A stretch of 64,000 bases of DNA. It comes from Adineta vaga (Eukaryota > Animalia > Rotifera). A model generated the notes under the pieces. That model had not been told where the DNA came from. It saw only the letters and a program-made list of their open reading frames with translations, and searched no databases. How positions within the stretch are numbered: position 1 is the stretch's first letter; each line of letters opens with the position of its first letter. The DNA lies in contig CP075492.1 in NCBI GenBank assembly GCA_021613535.1, positions 19,840,001-19,904,000 on the forward strand, written 5' to 3'. The position numbers and the translations under genes are program-made. Below, in pieces: positions 61,301 through 64,000 of the stretch.

Positions 61301-64000
61301 GATTCAAATGCATGTTGTAATCGTGCAATCGATATATGATCATTATTAGATGAAATACTAAAAAGTAATGGAATAACATACATGTTCTGATTATTATTAT
61401 TGTTGTTGTTCGTAGATGAAAAACGAATTTGTTCATCTAAGAAAATACGTTCTTGTGCATAGGATGCTTTTGCTATAAACAATAAATTACAAAATATAAA
61501 AAAATATAGTTAGAAAATAAGCACTCTATACCTCTAACGAGATGTAATGAAGACCAATGATAATTATCGATAGTGAGATTAATATGCATTATATGATGAA
61601 TTAGTTGAGCATGATTCATGATGGTTGGATGTTGAAATAAATCAGAAATAGAAAGAGAATTTGTTTCTAAATTAAATTCTATTTTATAACGATGAAATAG
61701 TTGCATCATAAGTAATGAATGACCACCAATAGTAAATATATTTGTATTGATTGAGATTTGTTCGTGTTTGAGTATATCACACCAAATATGATGAATAAGA
61801 AGTTCGATTTCATTTGTTGGTTGTGTCAGTTGGATATCATTTGTGAGATGTGTCGATGGTAGATGAGAAAAGCTAGGTGAAGGAAGAAGTTTCCGATCTA
61901 TTTTACCATTTGAATTCAATGGTAGTTTGTCAAGTATCATGAATATTGATGGAATCATGTGTGATGGTAAATATGATTGACAATGTTGACGTAATTGTGT
62001 TTCATTCATATTATCAGAACTTTGAACATAAGCAATTAAATGATCATCACCCCATTTCATCACAATACACACAGAAATAGATGATATGTTAAGTAAACAT
62101 CGTTCTATTTCACCAAGTTCAATACGTTGTCCATGTAATTTGATTTGATGATCTTTTCTTCCTTGATAATGAAGAAGACCATTACTATCCCTTTTGACGA
62201 GATCACCTGTTCGATAATATATTTCACTATCGATTTCAATAAATGCTTTTGATGTCAAATCATCACGTCCAAGATAGCCAGCAAAGACACCAACTCCTCC
62301 TACAAACAATTCAGCTTCTTCATTGATCATCACATTTTGCAAGAATTCATCTAGAACTAGAGTTCGATAATTTGCAAGGGGTGCACCTATGGGAATGCTC
62401 TGTATATTGGATGATATGTTGATATCATAGAATGTGCAAGCAATAGTTGTTTCCGCTGGTCCGTATAGATTCCATAGAAGACAGTTTTGCAAATTGATGT
62501 TTTTGATTGAATCAATCAATTTAATCGTGAAAGGTTCACCTATAAATGAAAAATCAAATGAGTTAAGATGAAGAAATAACTTCATGTCACATGCTCACCA
62601 ATACTACAAAGCGATCGAAGATATGCGAAGCCATCAAACATATTACATAGTTTCACAAAAGCGAAAAAACTCTGTAATAAACTCGGTACAGCATGCATAT
62701 ATGTGATTTGTTTATTTCGTAAAACTTCATATAAATAATCAAAATCAATTGTTCCTCTTGGATGAAGCATAACTAATGTGGCACCATGGATTAAAATACC
62801 AAGTATTTCTTGAACATGAATATCAAATGAACATCGTGCCATTTGTATAGCTATATCGTATTGATTGAATGAATCAATAAAAGTTAAAGAATCGATACAT
62901 TTAACGAAATTCTCATGTCGAACTTGAGCCTACAAAGAAGAAGAGTAAAAACAGTTAAATATTTAAAAAAAAGAAGGAAACAATTAACAAACCGCTTTTG
63001 GTATTCCAGTTGAACCACTTGTAAAGATGATGTAAGCTATGTTATGAGATGTCACTCTTATACTTGATAATTCATCAATATCAACATTATTCTCCATATC
63101 ATTGTTAGTTAATATAGAATCCATATTAACTAAGATAATATTATCATTAAACTTCTCTTTAGTCAATGAATGAACAAGAACAAGACGAGATTGAGTTTGT
63201 TCTATGAGAGAATATAATCGATGTTGTGGATCTCGTGCTGATAATGGACAATAAACACTACCAATCATTTCAATGGCCATTATACCAATAACCTATTCAA
63301 GATCAATATTCATTCTCATTCTCATTCTCATTCTCATTCTCATCAACTACTCACCATTGGTATACTTCTCTCGACACATTGACAAATTATTTCACCTACA
63401 CAGATATGATATTCATTGAGTAGATTCGAAGATAACAATTGAACATAATACAAAAGTTCAGAATATGTCAAAGATTGATCATCTAATTCAACAGCTAACT
63501 TTTGTGGATATATCTTTGCTTTCGAAGCAAACTCATGATGAATACAATTAGTAGTAGTCGAAGAAGAAGGAAATGATATTTGTGTTTGATTTAGAGATTG
63601 TATTAGAAATTGTTCATTTGGTAACAGTAATGATAACTCATAGATTGATGTCTCTTTTCTAGTAGTATGAATAGATGTCGATAAATGATGTAACATTGAA
63701 TGAAATTGATGTGAAATCTTTTCAATTGTCTTCACATTGAATAAATCAAGAGATGCATTGATTGTGCATGAGAGTTCATTCATATCTAGATTATGTTGAT
63801 AACTAACGATAAAATCAAATTTACTCATGATTTCATCTTCACTAATCTTAAGTGACAATGGTACTAAAGAAAGTTGACTATCACCAATTCTTATTTCATT
63901 ATTGTTGTTATATGATATGAATTCAAATGATATGTCGAGAAATGCAGGATGTAATATATTAGGATGTTGATCAAGGATACGTTGAAGTGGAAAATATGAA
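32889..64000 (-). CDS. Giant spliced multimodular NRPS: ...C-A-T-[C-C-A-T]x4-Pls-like membrane domain (5' end outside window)
   Basis: A-domain cores LTYSEL, AYIIFTSGSTGIPK, FDIH, NLYGPAE, GYLGR, YRTGDL, GRKDHQIKLHGQRIELGEIE, NGKIDRK. T motifs GGHSL x4 and GGTSL. C motifs SxAQxR, HHxxxD, IGMFVxxxPxR, YP(F/L). ORF pieces join in frame through GT-AG introns; stop TAA at 32891-32889; one 1-bp frameshift at ~51547. Confidence 0.95.
38928..41189. mobile_element. Decayed DNA transposon with CACTA termini inside NRPS intron 38387-41358
   Basis: TIR CACTAATCG...GTCTTGTCCT.T.CTTT (38928-38956 / 41161-41189); internal broken ORF 40177-40671 on the + strand; TSD not clear. Confidence 0.75.
41359..42819 (-). 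other. Divergent condensation-domain exon (HHAATDR)
   Basis: GIASFAQERIF start after intron 42820-42880, HHAATDRSS, MGMFVSTLPYR, HYPL, AKFDF; clearly diverged from the three identical HHAFFDG exons. Confidence 0.9.
42881..46400 (-). other. NRPS module 4: C(HHATFDV)-A(code DIQHCSLIDK)-T
   Basis: Same exon structure as the terminal module; unique T domain FFSIGGHSLL. Confidence 0.9.
46862..51953 (-). other. NRPS module 3 plus downstream C: C(frameshifted)-A(code DIQSLGMITK)-T-C(HHAFFDG)
   Basis: Repeat unit with ~5553-bp period; divergent patch ~49340-49790; 1-bp deletion at ~51547. Confidence 0.9.
52415..57517 (-). other. NRPS module 2 plus downstream C: C-A(code DIQHCILIAK)-T-C(HHAFFDG)
   Basis: Near-identical copy of the repeat unit with all frames open. 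Confidence 0.9.
58627..59868. mobile_element. Non-autonomous TIR element inserted in a (TA)n tract of NRPS intron 57518-59963
   Basis: 25-bp TIR GAATGAGT(T/A)G(T/C)AACTTTATTGTACG, TA repeats on both sides; the paralogous introns have only (TA)n at this site. Confidence 0.9.
59964..64000 (-). other. NRPS module 1 (as visible) plus downstream C: partial C-A(code DIQHCILIAK)-T-C(HHAFFDG)
   Basis: Near-identical copy of the repeat unit, cut by the window edge within the C domain. Confidence 0.9.

Noticed and set aside
32889-64000. Reading the ~30 separate NRPS ORFs as a bacterial operon or as many pseudogenes
   Set aside because: ORF breaks coincide with GT-AG introns that restore one frame; the ORF-track N- and C-termini are intron read-through.

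Overview
AT-rich eukaryotic DNA with short GT-AG introns (about 45-85 bp). The gene and transposon repertoire points to a bdelloid rotifer (Adineta/Rotaria-like); this is inferred, not proven. The left half (1-32.8 kb) is transposon-dense and looks subtelomeric. It holds an intact intron-containing hAT transposon with TIRs and TSD, a full-length two-ORF LINE, a solo LTR, a truncated LTR element, a decayed endonuclease-less Penelope/Athena-like element ending in a hammerhead ribozyme plus telomere-like repeats, several MITEs, NHL-repeat and GPCR pseudogenes, a microbial-looking NmrA-family gene and a small Cys-rich protein gene. The right half (32.9-64 kb, minus strand, continuing past the window edge) is one giant spliced non-ribosomal peptide synthetase, roughly 7,800 aa in view. 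It is built from near-identical tandem C-C-A-T units (5 A domains visible) and ends in a membrane-bound epsilon-poly-L-lysine-synthetase (Pls)-like domain instead of a thioesterase. Most A-domain differences between modules fall in the substrate-specificity region: one module carries a swapped-in specificity subdomain and another has point changes giving a Ser-like code.
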